Part shown: piece after piece, positions 26,768 to 35,976 of the stretch
Layout of the letters: each line of letters opens with the position of its first letter
Position numbering within the stretch: the stretch's first letter is position 1
Source of the DNA: a virus
Lineage: Duplodnaviria > Caudoviricetes
IMG/VR virus record: IMGVR_UViG_3300005805_000123
Location: 1-50,478 of that record
DNA length: 50,478 bases
Strand: one strand, 5' to 3'
The notes under the pieces: model-generated
What the model was told of the DNA's origin: nothing
The model's input: only the letters and a program-made list of their open reading frames with translations
The model's database searches: none
Position numbers and translations under genes: made by a program

Positions 26768-27124
26768 ATGAAAACTTGCTCTAAGTGTGGTATAGAAAAA
26801 CCATTGACAGAATACCATTCTGCTGGTATTATAAATGGAAAAAATTATATTCGCGGAGAGTGTAAAGTTTGCCAAAAAAAGGTTGTTAAGAAAAGAAGTA
26901 ATTCTATTCGTGAAGATTATATTGAGTGGAAAAAAACTCTTCAATGTAATCGATGTGGTTTTGATGATTATCGTGCTTTACAATTTCATCACGAAAGAGA
27001 CAAAGAACATAATATAGCAGCAATGCTAAAAGGTGGATTTGCTCTTGAAAATATCAAGCAAGAAGCAAAAAAATGTGAAGTTCTTTGTGCCAATTGTCAT
27101 CAAATCCATCATTCTCGCCTCTAA
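26768..27124 (+). CDS. HNH homing endonuclease
   Basis: KTCSKC..EKP, C..CG...ALQFHH, KCEVLCANCH..HH. Confidence 0.88.
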   Translation: MKTCSKCGIEKPLTEYHSAGIINGKNYIRGECKVCQKKVVKKRSNSIREDYIEWKKTLQCNRCGFDDYRALQFHHERDKEHNIAAMLKGGFALENIKQEAKKCEVLCANCHQIHHSRL

Positions 27125-27187
27125 AGCATTGTGGTGATGCACCGCTCTTGTAAAGCGGAGACGACAGTTCAATTCTGTCTAGAGGCT
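27117..27187 (+). tRNA. tRNA-Thr (UGU)
   Basis: Acceptor GCCTCTA/TAGAGGC, D stem GCAT/ATGC, anticodon arm CCGCT-CT-TGT-AA-AGCGG, T arm GACAG-TTCAATT-CTGTC. Confidence 0.92.
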
Positions 27188-27205
27188 CTGAGTTCTATAA
27201 CTCCA

Positions 27206-27364
27206 ATGTCACTTATTTCCCAACAAGATCGTTTGATGGCGATTGAAGCCCTTGAATATTATGTGCAAAAACTAAAAGATGACAACTGTAACCAAGCAGC
27301 AATCAGTTCCTTTCAAACACTCCTTAACTGGATCGAACTGGAGCATTTCAAATATGAAGATTAA
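27206..27364 (+). CDS. Hypothetical protein
   Basis: MSLISQQDR.MAIEALEYY...TLLNWI.LE. Confidence 0.7.
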   Translation: MSLISQQDRLMAIEALEYYVQKLKDDNCNQAAISSFQTLLNWIELEHFKYED

Positions 27365-27527
27365 TCTCTGGTATTGTCCAGACATGAAACAATGGCGTTG
27401 GACATTAACTGATAATACACGTCCTATTTGTAAACAAGAATCGGGACAACAACCACATCTCCGTGATGCTATGAATGATGTAGCAAATACCGTAGAATAT
27501 ATGTTAGAATGCAAACAAAGTGAGTAA
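27354..27527 (+). CDS. Hypothetical protein
   Basis: MKINLWYC..MKQWRWTL...QESGQ...LRDAMNDVA.TVEY. Confidence 0.7.
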   Translation: MKINLWYCPDMKQWRWTLTDNTRPICKQESGQQPHLRDAMNDVANTVEYMLECKQSE

Positions 27528-27536
27528 AAATACCCA

Positions 27537-28148
27537 GTGAAATCAGATTTTTACATAGATAGAGTAGGTAAGGAAGAACTCAAAGATCTTCTTTATACCT
27601 ATCATTATCTTAAAGACGAATCTAAAGATTTTAAATCTGGTTTCAATTATGGGCTTTTCAGATCCTCAGTTTCTGATATTCTTAGGGTTGGTGGGTGTAT
27701 GGGTGCTTGTATCTTTACTGGTCTTCCCGTCCCAGAAATAGCAGTCGGAGCATTTGGACTAGAGAGAAACCAACAAGAAGGTATATATGAGTTGTCAAGA
27801 CTCTGTATTCACCCAGATATTCAAAAAGAAGAGTATAACATTACATCCTGGTTCGTTAGTCGTTGTATCAAGAGGTTTAGAAAAGATGCCACAGTTCGTG
27901 CTATTCTTAGTTACGCTGACTCTAATCACCACACTGGAACTATATACAGAGCTTGCAATTTTCAATATTACGGTTTAACAGATCCCAAAAAAGATTTTTA
28001 TTATGCTGATGGAACAAAGCATTCTAGAGGTAGCACTAAAGGTGTTGCTGGTGAGTGGAAACAACGTAGTCGTAAGCATAGATATTTGATGGTATTTGAT
28101 AAGAAACTTGAGGTCTTGTGGGAACAAGAAAGTTATGGTAAAATATAA
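27537..28148 (+). CDS. Mom-like (GNAT-fold) DNA modification protein
   Basis: HYL, YELSRLC, N..SWFVSR..K, ILSYAD..H.GTIYRA.NF.Y.G, RKHRY. Confidence 0.78.
   Translation: MKSDFYIDRVGKEELKDLLYTYHYLKDESKDFKSGFNYGLFRSSVSDILRVGGCMGACIFTGLPVPEIAVGAFGLERNQQEGIYELSRLCIHPDIQKEEYNITSWFVSRCIKRFRKDATVRAILSYADSNHHTGTIYRACNFQYYGLTDPKKDFYYADGTKHSRGSTKGVAGEWKQRSRKHRYLMVFDKKLEVLWEQESYGKI
28116..28144 (+). promoter_or_regulatory. Extended -10 promoter at the end of the mom-like gene
   Basis: TTGTGG-N17-TAAAAT with TG at -15/-14. Confidence 0.5.
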
Positions 28149-28149
28149 G

Positions 28150-28209
28150 AGTCCGTGTGAAGGAATGCCAACCTGTGCTTACTAATCCTCCTTTTGGGGA
28201 GGATTTTTT
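28150..28209 (+). ncRNA. Candidate ~60-nt small RNA
   Basis: Bounded by the promoter and terminator; no credible ORF; 5' GTGTGAAGGAAT. Confidence 0.4.
28184..28209 (+). terminator. Rho-independent terminator
   Basis: AATCCTCC-TTTTGG-GGAGGATT followed by a T tract. Confidence 0.82.
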
Positions 28210-28212
28210 ATG

Positions 28213-28220
28213 GATAAATA
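28213..28220 (+). promoter_or_regulatory. T4-like late promoter
   Basis: GATAAATA, inside the TATGGAT/ATCCATA inverted repeat, before ATG 28251. Confidence 0.7.
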
Positions 28221-28250
28221 ATCCATAACGGAACTATAAGCATTAATAAG

Positions 28251-31200
28251 ATGGGTCTCTCCAGATTAGATAATTTTCTGAAATCAGTTCGTGGAACAAT
28301 CATATATGTTGATCCCAATTCTCTTGACTCTACAGATAGTATTGAAAATCAAGGCAATTCTTTAACAAGACCTTTCAAAACTTTACAGAGAGCTCTTGTA
28401 GAAGCATCTAGATTTTCTTATCAAAGAGGATTAGATAACGATAGATTTAATAAAACCACAATTATACTTTATCCTGGAGATCATTTAGTTGATAATAGAC
28501 CAGGATGGATTCCTGATGGGGCAAATAATTATAAACTTAGAAGTGGACTGACATCAAATGATTTTGGTGCATGGGACTTAACAACAAACTTTGACTTAAC
28601 TACAGAAAATAATGCTTTATATAAGTTAAACAGTATTCATGGTGGTGTAATCATTCCTCGTGGTACATCCATCGTTGGTATGGATCTTCGTAAAACAAGA
28701 ATTCGTCCAAAGTATGTACCAAATCCAGAAAATGATCAGATTGAAAGATCAGCAATTTTAAGAGTAACTGGTGGATGTTATTTGTGGCAGTTTTCTGTTT
28801 TAGATGCTGACCCAAACTCAATATGCTATAAAGACTATACAACGAATGAATTTGTACCTAACTTTTCTCACCACAAGTTAACGGCATTTGAATATGCTGA
28901 TGGTGTAAATGATGTTGATATTGATGATGACTTTTTAACATATTCCACAGATCGAACTGATCTGGACATGTATTATGAAAAAGTTGGTCTTGCATATGGT
29001 CCAGCATCTGGTCGTGAAATAGAACCAGATTATCCATCAACAGGTTTAGATATTCAACCAAAAATCGACGAATATCGAATTGTTGGTTCTCGTGGTAAGG
29101 AAGTCGGAATCACCAGTATTCGTGCTGGAGATGGTTTACTTACCTCAACAACAATCACAGTTACACTGGCTGAAGTTGCAACAGATTTTGATGTTGATAC
29201 TCCAATTCAAATTGAAGGAGTTGGATCGACTGGATATGATGGTCAATTTGCAGTCTTCAATAAAGTTGATTCCACCACTATTCAGTATAAGGTACAGAAC
29301 GCACCAGCAAATCCTTTACCAACAGTTACTAATGCAACAATTAGTATTGCAGTAGATACTGTAACTTCAGCATCACCATACATCTTCAATATTTCCATGC
29401 GTTCTGTTTATGGAATGTGTGGAATGCACGCAGATGGAAGTAAGGCAGCTGGATTCAAGAGTATGGTTGTTGCTCAATTCACTGGAATTGGACTTCAAAA
29501 AGATGATAGTGCCTTTGTAAAATACAACTCCACGACGGGTATTTACGAAGATAATACAGTCTCTGGAAATGAGAATATTCACTCAGATTCAAGAGCAAGA
29601 TTCAAACCAACATATGAAAACTATCATATTAAAGCATCCAATGATGGATATATTCAGGTAGTTTCTGTATTTGCTATCGGATATGCAAATCACTTCTTAT
29701 CTGAGTCTGGTGGAGACCAATCAATTAATAATTCAAACTCCAACTTTGGAGCAAAAGCACTTGTTTCGTCTGGATTTAGAAAAGATGCTTTCCCAAGAGA
29801 TGATATTGGATACATTACTCATGTAATTCCACCAAAAGAAAATGAAACTTCAGAAACTGGTGTTGAATTTAATGCAATCGACGTTAATAAAGTAGTAGGA
29901 TTTGCAAATACAAATAGACTTTATCTCTACAATCAAACAAACTCAGCAATTCCACCAGAAACTGTTGTTGATGGATATAGAGTTGGTGCAAAGGAAAATG
30001 ATCAACTCAATGTTCTGATTTCTTCTGGTGGTATTTCTACCACATATTCGGCAAGAATCATCATGCCGAATACAGAATTTACTGGATCTGAAATTTCCTA
30101 TGAGAAAAAGTTTCAGGTAGGTAGAAGTGCTGGTGGAATCAGTAGCATTACGAGTAATGTATTTACACTGACTTCAAATCATAATTTTATTAATGGTGAG
30201 TCGGTTAGAATTATTAGTGAGAATGGTCACTTACCTGATGGATTAACTAATAATACTGTTTATTTTGCAATTACTTCTGGAACTGGAATTGTTGGATCAA
30301 ATCAAATTAAAGTAGCACAAACTTTAAATGATGCTCTGACAGATAATCCAATTACAGTAAACAACAATGGTGGAATTTTAAACATTGTTAGTAGGGTATC
30401 TGATAAGAGTGCTGGTGATCTTGGACATCCAGTTCAATACGATTCTAGTGCTGCTCAATGGTATGTTAATGTTGCTACTGCAGCAACAGAAAGATCTCTC
30501 TACAATATTATAGTTGGTCTTGGATCTACAGGACTTGGTTCTGCAACTCCTAGATCTTTCATTAATAGAAGTTCTGATACTAGAAGTTTAAGTGATACCA
30601 TTTATCGTTTCCGTTATGTCATTCCTTCGGATTCTCCAGTAACTGCACGTCCTCCGATTGATGGATATGTAATTCAGGAATCAAATACTTCAATTGGATC
30701 AACAAATACTGAGGTAGCATTTTTATATAATCCAAGCACAGCATCTTTATCAGACTCTACTCAACTTAGAAATCCAAGATATATTGCTGGAGCAAATTGG
30801 TCTGGAGGAACTGCAAACATCATTACAGAAATTCCTCACGGACTTAAAGTTGGATCTGAAGTTGAGGTCATTAATGTAACCAGTAGTAATAATACCACTG
30901 GAGTAGCAAATTCTGCATACAATGGAACTTTTGCAGTTTCTGGAATTAGTAGTGCCAAACAGTTTAGTATTTCAATTACTAACAATCCTGGAACATTTAC
31001 AAATAATACATCTGTAAGAACAACAGATCTTCCATATTTCAAGAAAAAGAAAACCCCAAATACCTATTATATCTACAGAACTCAAGAGATTCAAGAATAT
31101 ATTCCAGGATCTCAAGATGGAATATACCATCTGTTAGTTTTGAATGCATCCAATTCACCAACTGTTGCTCCGTTTACCTCATTAAACTTCTCCCAACCAA

Positions 31201-33743
31201 TTGTAAATTTATATCCACAAACAAACAGAGATAATCCAAAGTCTGATCCTGCTCCAGCAAGTTCATTTGCTTTGCCTGATACCATTGGTCAAGTTGTAGT
31301 TAATGATCCTCAAAAATCTATTACAAAAGAAAATGTAAACAAATATAATGTCGATAATCAAGTTGGATTTGGATTAACTGAGATTATTTCTAATTCAGTA
31401 GGAACATCACATACGTTCTTTACTACCATAGATCATGGATTGAATAGAATTACCAATCTGGGTATCACCAGTGCTGGAGTAAATTATGTTGATGGAAACT
31501 ACTATAATGTATCTTTAGTTGGGTTTGGAACTTCTACAACAGGATCTCATGCAACTGCAAGAGTTACTATAAGTAGTGGTGCAATTTCTTCACTCAAGAT
31601 CATTGATGGAGGTAGTGCTTATGGTATTGGCAATACACTTGCTTTAGTTGGAATTGCGACTACAACTTCTCATACACCTGGATACTTAACGGTAAGCAAT
31701 ATCTACAGCAATGTAGGAGATACTTTAGTAGTTGATTCACTTATACCAAATTCTTTTGATGGATACAATACCTTCTATAGAATTTCTTCAGTTGACGGTC
31801 CACAAAAAGTAACAGTTTCCTCTGCTTCTACAGTTTCCTCTGCTTCTACTACTGGAATTGGAATTACCGTTGCCTCTACTGGAAATGTAATCCTAACAGG
31901 TAAAACTCTGAATGTATCTGCAATTGCATATGATAATGTATCTGGAATTGCAACATTTACTACAGTAGAAACTCATGGATTGCAAGTTGACAATAAAGTT
32001 CATGTTGGTGGAGCAGATTCAAACTTCTTTAATGGTGATTTCATCATTAAGCAAATTATTAACGGAACTTCTTTTAATGTAAATGCAGGAGTTGGAACTA
32101 CTTCTCCAGCAACAACTGGCACCATTTTTGTCTACCAGCCAGCATACACTTCAAATGGTGGAAACATTACATTTACAAATGAGGATGCAAATGGTAGAAT
32201 TATAGCAGAATATGCAGGTATTACTACTACTCTTTCTAGTGCAATTGTCGTAGGAAGTTCTTCAATTTCTATCTCAAATGTAACTAACTTCGACTTTAAC
32301 ATTGGTGATTATCTTTTAGTTGACAATGAAATTGTGAGAATTAGTTCAACTGTCACAGGAAATCCTGTTTCAGTCTTTAGAGGTCTTCTTGGAACTAAAA
32401 AAGTTGCCCACTCAAATGGATCTGTAGTTAGAAGAATCAATCCACAACCAGTTGAACTTCGTAGAAATTCTCTGATTCGTGCATCTGCTCATACCTTTGA
32501 ATATCTTGGATATGGTCCAGGAAATTACTCTACTGCATTCCCAGAAAGACAAGATAGAAATATCAGTCCACAAGAGGAACTGTTAGCACAATCAACAAAA
32601 ACTGATGCAGGTGTTGCAATCTTCACTGCGATGAATGCGGATGGAGACTTCTATACTGGTAACAAAAAGGTTAATTCTGCAACAGGTCAGGAAGAAGTTT
32701 TTGATGCTCCTATTCCAACAGTAACTGGTGAAGATATCAATATAGGTGGAGTAAACGTTGGATTTGATGTCCTTACACCACTTGAGGCAACAATTAGCCG
32801 TTCATTAAAAGTTGAAGGTGGTGCAGACGGAAACTTAATTTCTGAGTTTGATGGACCAGTAATCTTCAATAATAAAATTACATCCAACTCTGATAAGGGA
32901 GTCGAAGCAAGTTCAATCTTCTTACAGGGAGATACAACTGTATCTAGAAAGTACACTGTAGGAATTTCTACACCATCTCTTTCTGGAAACCCAGGTGATG
33001 TTGTTTTCAATGCAATTCCTTCAAGTGGTGGTTATCTTGGTTGGGTGTATTCTGATGATAATAAGTGGAAACGTTTTGGTGCAATCAGCACAGCAACAGA
33101 TTCATTTAATCCTACATTTAATATTGTTCGTGGTGATACTTATATTGGAAATAACTTCATTGGAACATTCACTGGAGATGGATCTGGATTAACTGGAGTT
33201 GATAGTATTTGGGTCGTTGATGGAGTAGGAATTCACACTACAAAATCTGTTGGAGTTGGAACAACAACTGCTGTTTCTGGAACTGCCTTATATGTAAATG
33301 GTAATACAACGATCAATGGAACTTTGAATGTTTATGAAATCATTGAAAAGGCAACGATTAGTGCAGGTATTCTGACTGCACAAAATCCAGTTGGAGTTGC
33401 TACAACAACTAACATTGATCTTGCCAATAACAACGTTTATTACTTTACAAATCAAGCACAAGGCAATTGGAATCTTAATTTTAGGGGTGATTCTTCGACA
33501 ACATTAAATAGTTTCCTGGCAACTGGAGATTCAATCACCGTTGCTATTTTGACAAATCAAGGATCAACCGCATACTATAACTCTGCTATCACTATAGATG
33601 ATGTTTCAGTTACTCCAAAATACTATGGAGGAAATCAGATTACATCGGGTAATGCAAATAGTTTGGACATGTATACCTATGTGATCATTAAAACTGCATC
33701 TTCTACCTACACAGTTCTGTATTCTCAGTCCCAATACGCATAA
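28251..33743 (+). CDS. Large virion structural / tail fibre protein (1830 aa)
   Basis: MGLSRLDNFLK...RPFKT.QRAL N-terminus, repeated T..HGL..G beta modules, GISTP/GVGTT repeats, C-terminal D.YTY.IIKT domain. Confidence 0.8.
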   Translation: MGLSRLDNFLKSVRGTIIYVDPNSLDSTDSIENQGNSLTRPFKTLQRALVEASRFSYQRGLDNDRFNKTTIILYPGDHLVDNRPGWIPDGANNYKLRSGLTSNDFGAWDLTTNFDLTTENNALYKLNSIHGGVIIPRGTSIVGMDLRKTRIRPKYVPNPENDQIERSAILRVTGGCYLWQFSVLDADPNSICYKDYTTNEFVPNFSHHKLTAFEYADGVNDVDIDDDFLTYSTDRTDLDMYYEKVGLAYGPASGREIEPDYPSTGLDIQPKIDEYRIVGSRGKEVGITSIRAGDGLLTSTTITVTLAEVATDFDVDTPIQIEGVGSTGYDGQFAVFNKVDSTTIQYKVQNAPANPLPTVTNATISIAVDTVTSASPYIFNISMRSVYGMCGMHADGSKAAGFKSMVVAQFTGIGLQKDDSAFVKYNSTTGIYEDNTVSGNENIHSDSRARFKPTYENYHIKASNDGYIQVVSVFAIGYANHFLSESGGDQSINNSNSNFGAKALVSSGFRKDAFPRDDIGYITHVIPPKENETSETGVEFNAIDVNKVVGFANTNRLYLYNQTNSAIPPETVVDGYRVGAKENDQLNVLISSGGISTTYSARIIMPNTEFTGSEISYEKKFQVGRSAGGISSITSNVFTLTSNHNFINGESVRIISENGHLPDGLTNNTVYFAITSGTGIVGSNQIKVAQTLNDALTDNPITVNNNGGILNIVSRVSDKSAGDLGHPVQYDSSAAQWYVNVATAATERSLYNIIVGLGSTGLGSATPRSFINRSSDTRSLSDTIYRFRYVIPSDSPVTARPPIDGYVIQESNTSIGSTNTEVAFLYNPSTASLSDSTQLRNPRYIAGANWSGGTANIITEIPHGLKVGSEVEVINVTSSNNTTGVANSAYNGTFAVSGISSAKQFSISITNNPGTFTNNTSVRTTDLPYFKKKKTPNTYYIYRTQEIQEYIPGSQDGIYHLLVLNASNSPTVAPFTSLNFSQPIVNLYPQTNRDNPKSDPAPASSFALPDTIGQVVVNDPQKSITKENVNKYNVDNQVGFGLTEIISNSVGTSHTFFTTIDHGLNRITNLGITSAGVNYVDGNYYNVSLVGFGTSTTGSHATARVTISSGAISSLKIIDGGSAYGIGNTLALVGIATTTSHTPGYLTVSNIYSNVGDTLVVDSLIPNSFDGYNTFYRISSVDGPQKVTVSSASTVSSASTTGIGITVASTGNVILTGKTLNVSAIAYDNVSGIATFTTVETHGLQVDNKVHVGGADSNFFNGDFIIKQIINGTSFNVNAGVGTTSPATTGTIFVYQPAYTSNGGNITFTNEDANGRIIAEYAGITTTLSSAIVVGSSSISISNVTNFDFNIGDYLLVDNEIVRISSTVTGNPVSVFRGLLGTKKVAHSNGSVVRRINPQPVELRRNSLIRASAHTFEYLGYGPGNYSTAFPERQDRNISPQEELLAQSTKTDAGVAIFTAMNADGDFYTGNKKVNSATGQEEVFDAPIPTVTGEDINIGGVNVGFDVLTPLEATISRSLKVEGGADGNLISEFDGPVIFNNKITSNSDKGVEASSIFLQGDTTVSRKYTVGISTPSLSGNPGDVVFNAIPSSGGYLGWVYSDDNKWKRFGAISTATDSFNPTFNIVRGDTYIGNNFIGTFTGDGSGLTGVDSIWVVDGVGIHTTKSVGVGTTTAVSGTALYVNGNTTINGTLNVYEIIEKATISAGILTAQNPVGVATTTNIDLANNNVYYFTNQAQGNWNLNFRGDSSTTLNSFLATGDSITVAILTNQGSTAYYNSAITIDDVSVTPKYYGGNQITSGNANSLDMYTYVIIKTASSTYTVLYSQSQYA

Positions 33744-33749
33744 TAACCC

Positions 33750-35933
33750 ATGAGTCCATTACTAGGTTCTATCGGAGCTGTATCCGAGTATTCATATCGT
33801 GGTAATTTGGATGACTATCCAAATCCATTTACATTTACTGATGTAACAAATGCAGAACCTGGGACTGCCTATACAACTGGTATTACAACTATAACTGGAA
33901 TCAATTATAAGGCAAAAGTTTCAATATCTGGATTTGGTTCATTTTCAATTAATGGTGGAGCATTTACAACCTCAACATCGTTTATTCGAAATAATGAAAC
34001 TGTTTCAATTCAAATTCCAACAACTTCTGGAACTAGCACAGACTTTTCCAAACTTTATTCTTCAATATTAACAATAGGAAAGGTTTCATCAGATTGGTCA
34101 GTTCTTACTAAAACAATTGATCAAACTCCAGATTCATTTTCGTTTACTTCAGTAACTGGAATGGAAGTTGGAATAGGAACAACCAGTAATACAGTCACTA
34201 TGGCTGGTCTTCAAACTGGAATTCCTATTTCATCTCAAATCATCTCAGGAATCGGATCTTTTAGTATCAATGGAGCAACACCAGTTTTTTCTGGAAATGT
34301 GACTAACGGAGATACTGTTCAAATGAATTTGATATCTTCAGTATCATTTGCATCTACAAATACAACTGCAATTCGTGTTGGATCTTTTACAACAACCTTT
34401 TCAGTTTCGACAAGATCCGCCGATACTACTCCTACTGCATTTACTTTTACAGATCAAACCGATGTCAATTTTTCAACAAATGTAGAAAGTAATACTATTA
34501 CTGTATCTGGATGTGATGCAAATGTTCCTTTATTAACTTCAATCTCTGGAGGAGGAGGTCAATTTAAGGTTGTTAGAAGTGGAGTGACGGTTAGAGATTA
34601 TAGCACATTATCTTACGCATCAACTCTCAATGGTGATCAAATTACTGTCAGATTAACATCATCAGCATCTGGAAGCACATCAACTTCAACAACACTGACA
34701 GTTTCTGGAGTTTCTGATACATTTACATTAACAACAAGAATTCCTGCAATTAATACGATACCATCTCAATTTACATTTACTGATGTTACTGGGCAAGAAC
34801 TAAACTCTACAATTACAAGTAACACAATTACTTTATCAGGTATGACACCTGGAGAAAATGGATCTGCATCTATAAGTAATGGAACTTTTAGAGTTGTTAG
34901 AGGTGGATCGACAGTTAGAGATTTTTCTTCAGCATCCACGAGTGTTCAAAATTCAGATCAAATTACATTAAGAACAACGAGTTCTGCTTCTGCTTCTTCT
35001 ACTGTGCAAGTTTCCTTCACTGTAAGTGGAACAAACACAATTACATTACCGGCAACAAGTGGAAGCACAAGTGATACATGGTCAGTAACAACCAGAAGTC
35101 CTAACTGCAATCCATTAAATGCAAACTATAACTTACTTAATGTATCTGATGCTGATCGTTCAACTACATATAGTCAATCATTTACTTTAACTGATGTAGA
35201 TGCTTCATGCACTGGATTTACAGTTTCTGTAACGGGAGCAACGGCATATCTAACAGTTGACGGTGTAACAGGAAATAATCTACCAGCAAATTATGGAAGT
35301 AATATTACTGTCTTTATGACATCTTCAGATTCTTATGATACAACAGTTTCTACTACATTCCAAATATCTAGAGGTGGATCGGCAGTAGTTTCCTCTTCTT
35401 GGTTTATCACAACAAAAGAACCCATTCCTTGTGATTGGATAGGTGGTTTTATCGATAACGTAGATATAAACAGAGCAATATCATTGGGATATAGTTCTGC
35501 AAATATTACAGATGATTTAAGAAATTGTGCCCTTGATGTTCAGAACAGTGCCATATCACTTGGTCTAAACACCAATATCACATATCCAAATTCACCATCT
35601 TCAACATATGTTTCATCTAGATCAAAATTAATTTTTGATTATGCAGCATCGTCAATTGCATCAACTTATGGTGTAACTATTCTTCCACAAAATATTAAAT
35701 ATGGAACGTATAATGGATATGCTGGAGGAGTTGCTGTTGGAGCTCAATTTGGTTGGGGATCCTTACAAAGAGCTCTTACTGATCAATATCCTCTTTCTGA
35801 AATGGTTGCATGGTTGAATGCTAATTTAAGTGTTATAATTGGAACTGAAACTGTAGACTACTTTGTTGCTAACGGGTATACAAAGGCTCAACTTTCGTGC
35901 GGAACAAGAACATCAAATGGAGATAACTGTTAA
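33750..35933 (+). CDS. Ser/Thr-rich adhesin-like virion protein with ~100-110-aa beta repeats
   Basis: Repeats beginning D..P..F.FT.V/Q and ending W/F.V.T.; divergent C-terminus. Confidence 0.7.
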   Translation: MSPLLGSIGAVSEYSYRGNLDDYPNPFTFTDVTNAEPGTAYTTGITTITGINYKAKVSISGFGSFSINGGAFTTSTSFIRNNETVSIQIPTTSGTSTDFSKLYSSILTIGKVSSDWSVLTKTIDQTPDSFSFTSVTGMEVGIGTTSNTVTMAGLQTGIPISSQIISGIGSFSINGATPVFSGNVTNGDTVQMNLISSVSFASTNTTAIRVGSFTTTFSVSTRSADTTPTAFTFTDQTDVNFSTNVESNTITVSGCDANVPLLTSISGGGGQFKVVRSGVTVRDYSTLSYASTLNGDQITVRLTSSASGSTSTSTTLTVSGVSDTFTLTTRIPAINTIPSQFTFTDVTGQELNSTITSNTITLSGMTPGENGSASISNGTFRVVRGGSTVRDFSSASTSVQNSDQITLRTTSSASASSTVQVSFTVSGTNTITLPATSGSTSDTWSVTTRSPNCNPLNANYNLLNVSDADRSTTYSQSFTLTDVDASCTGFTVSVTGATAYLTVDGVTGNNLPANYGSNITVFMTSSDSYDTTVSTTFQISRGGSAVVSSSWFITTKEPIPCDWIGGFIDNVDINRAISLGYSSANITDDLRNCALDVQNSAISLGLNTNITYPNSPSSTYVSSRSKLIFDYAASSIASTYGVTILPQNIKYGTYNGYAGGVAVGAQFGWGSLQRALTDQYPLSEMVAWLNANLSVIIGTETVDYFVANGYTKAQLSCGTRTSNGDNC

Positions 35934-35934
35934 G

Positions 35935-35942
35935 TATAAATA
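35935..35942 (+). promoter_or_regulatory. T4-like late promoter
   Basis: TATAAATA upstream of ATG 35977. Confidence 0.75.
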
Positions 35943-35976
35943 GGAGTATAAAACTCTAGGGGGAGAGTGAACCCTA

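Noticed and set aside
27131-27205. N-terminal extension of ORF 27131..27364
   Set aside because: It is a translation of tRNA-Thr; the likely start is 27206
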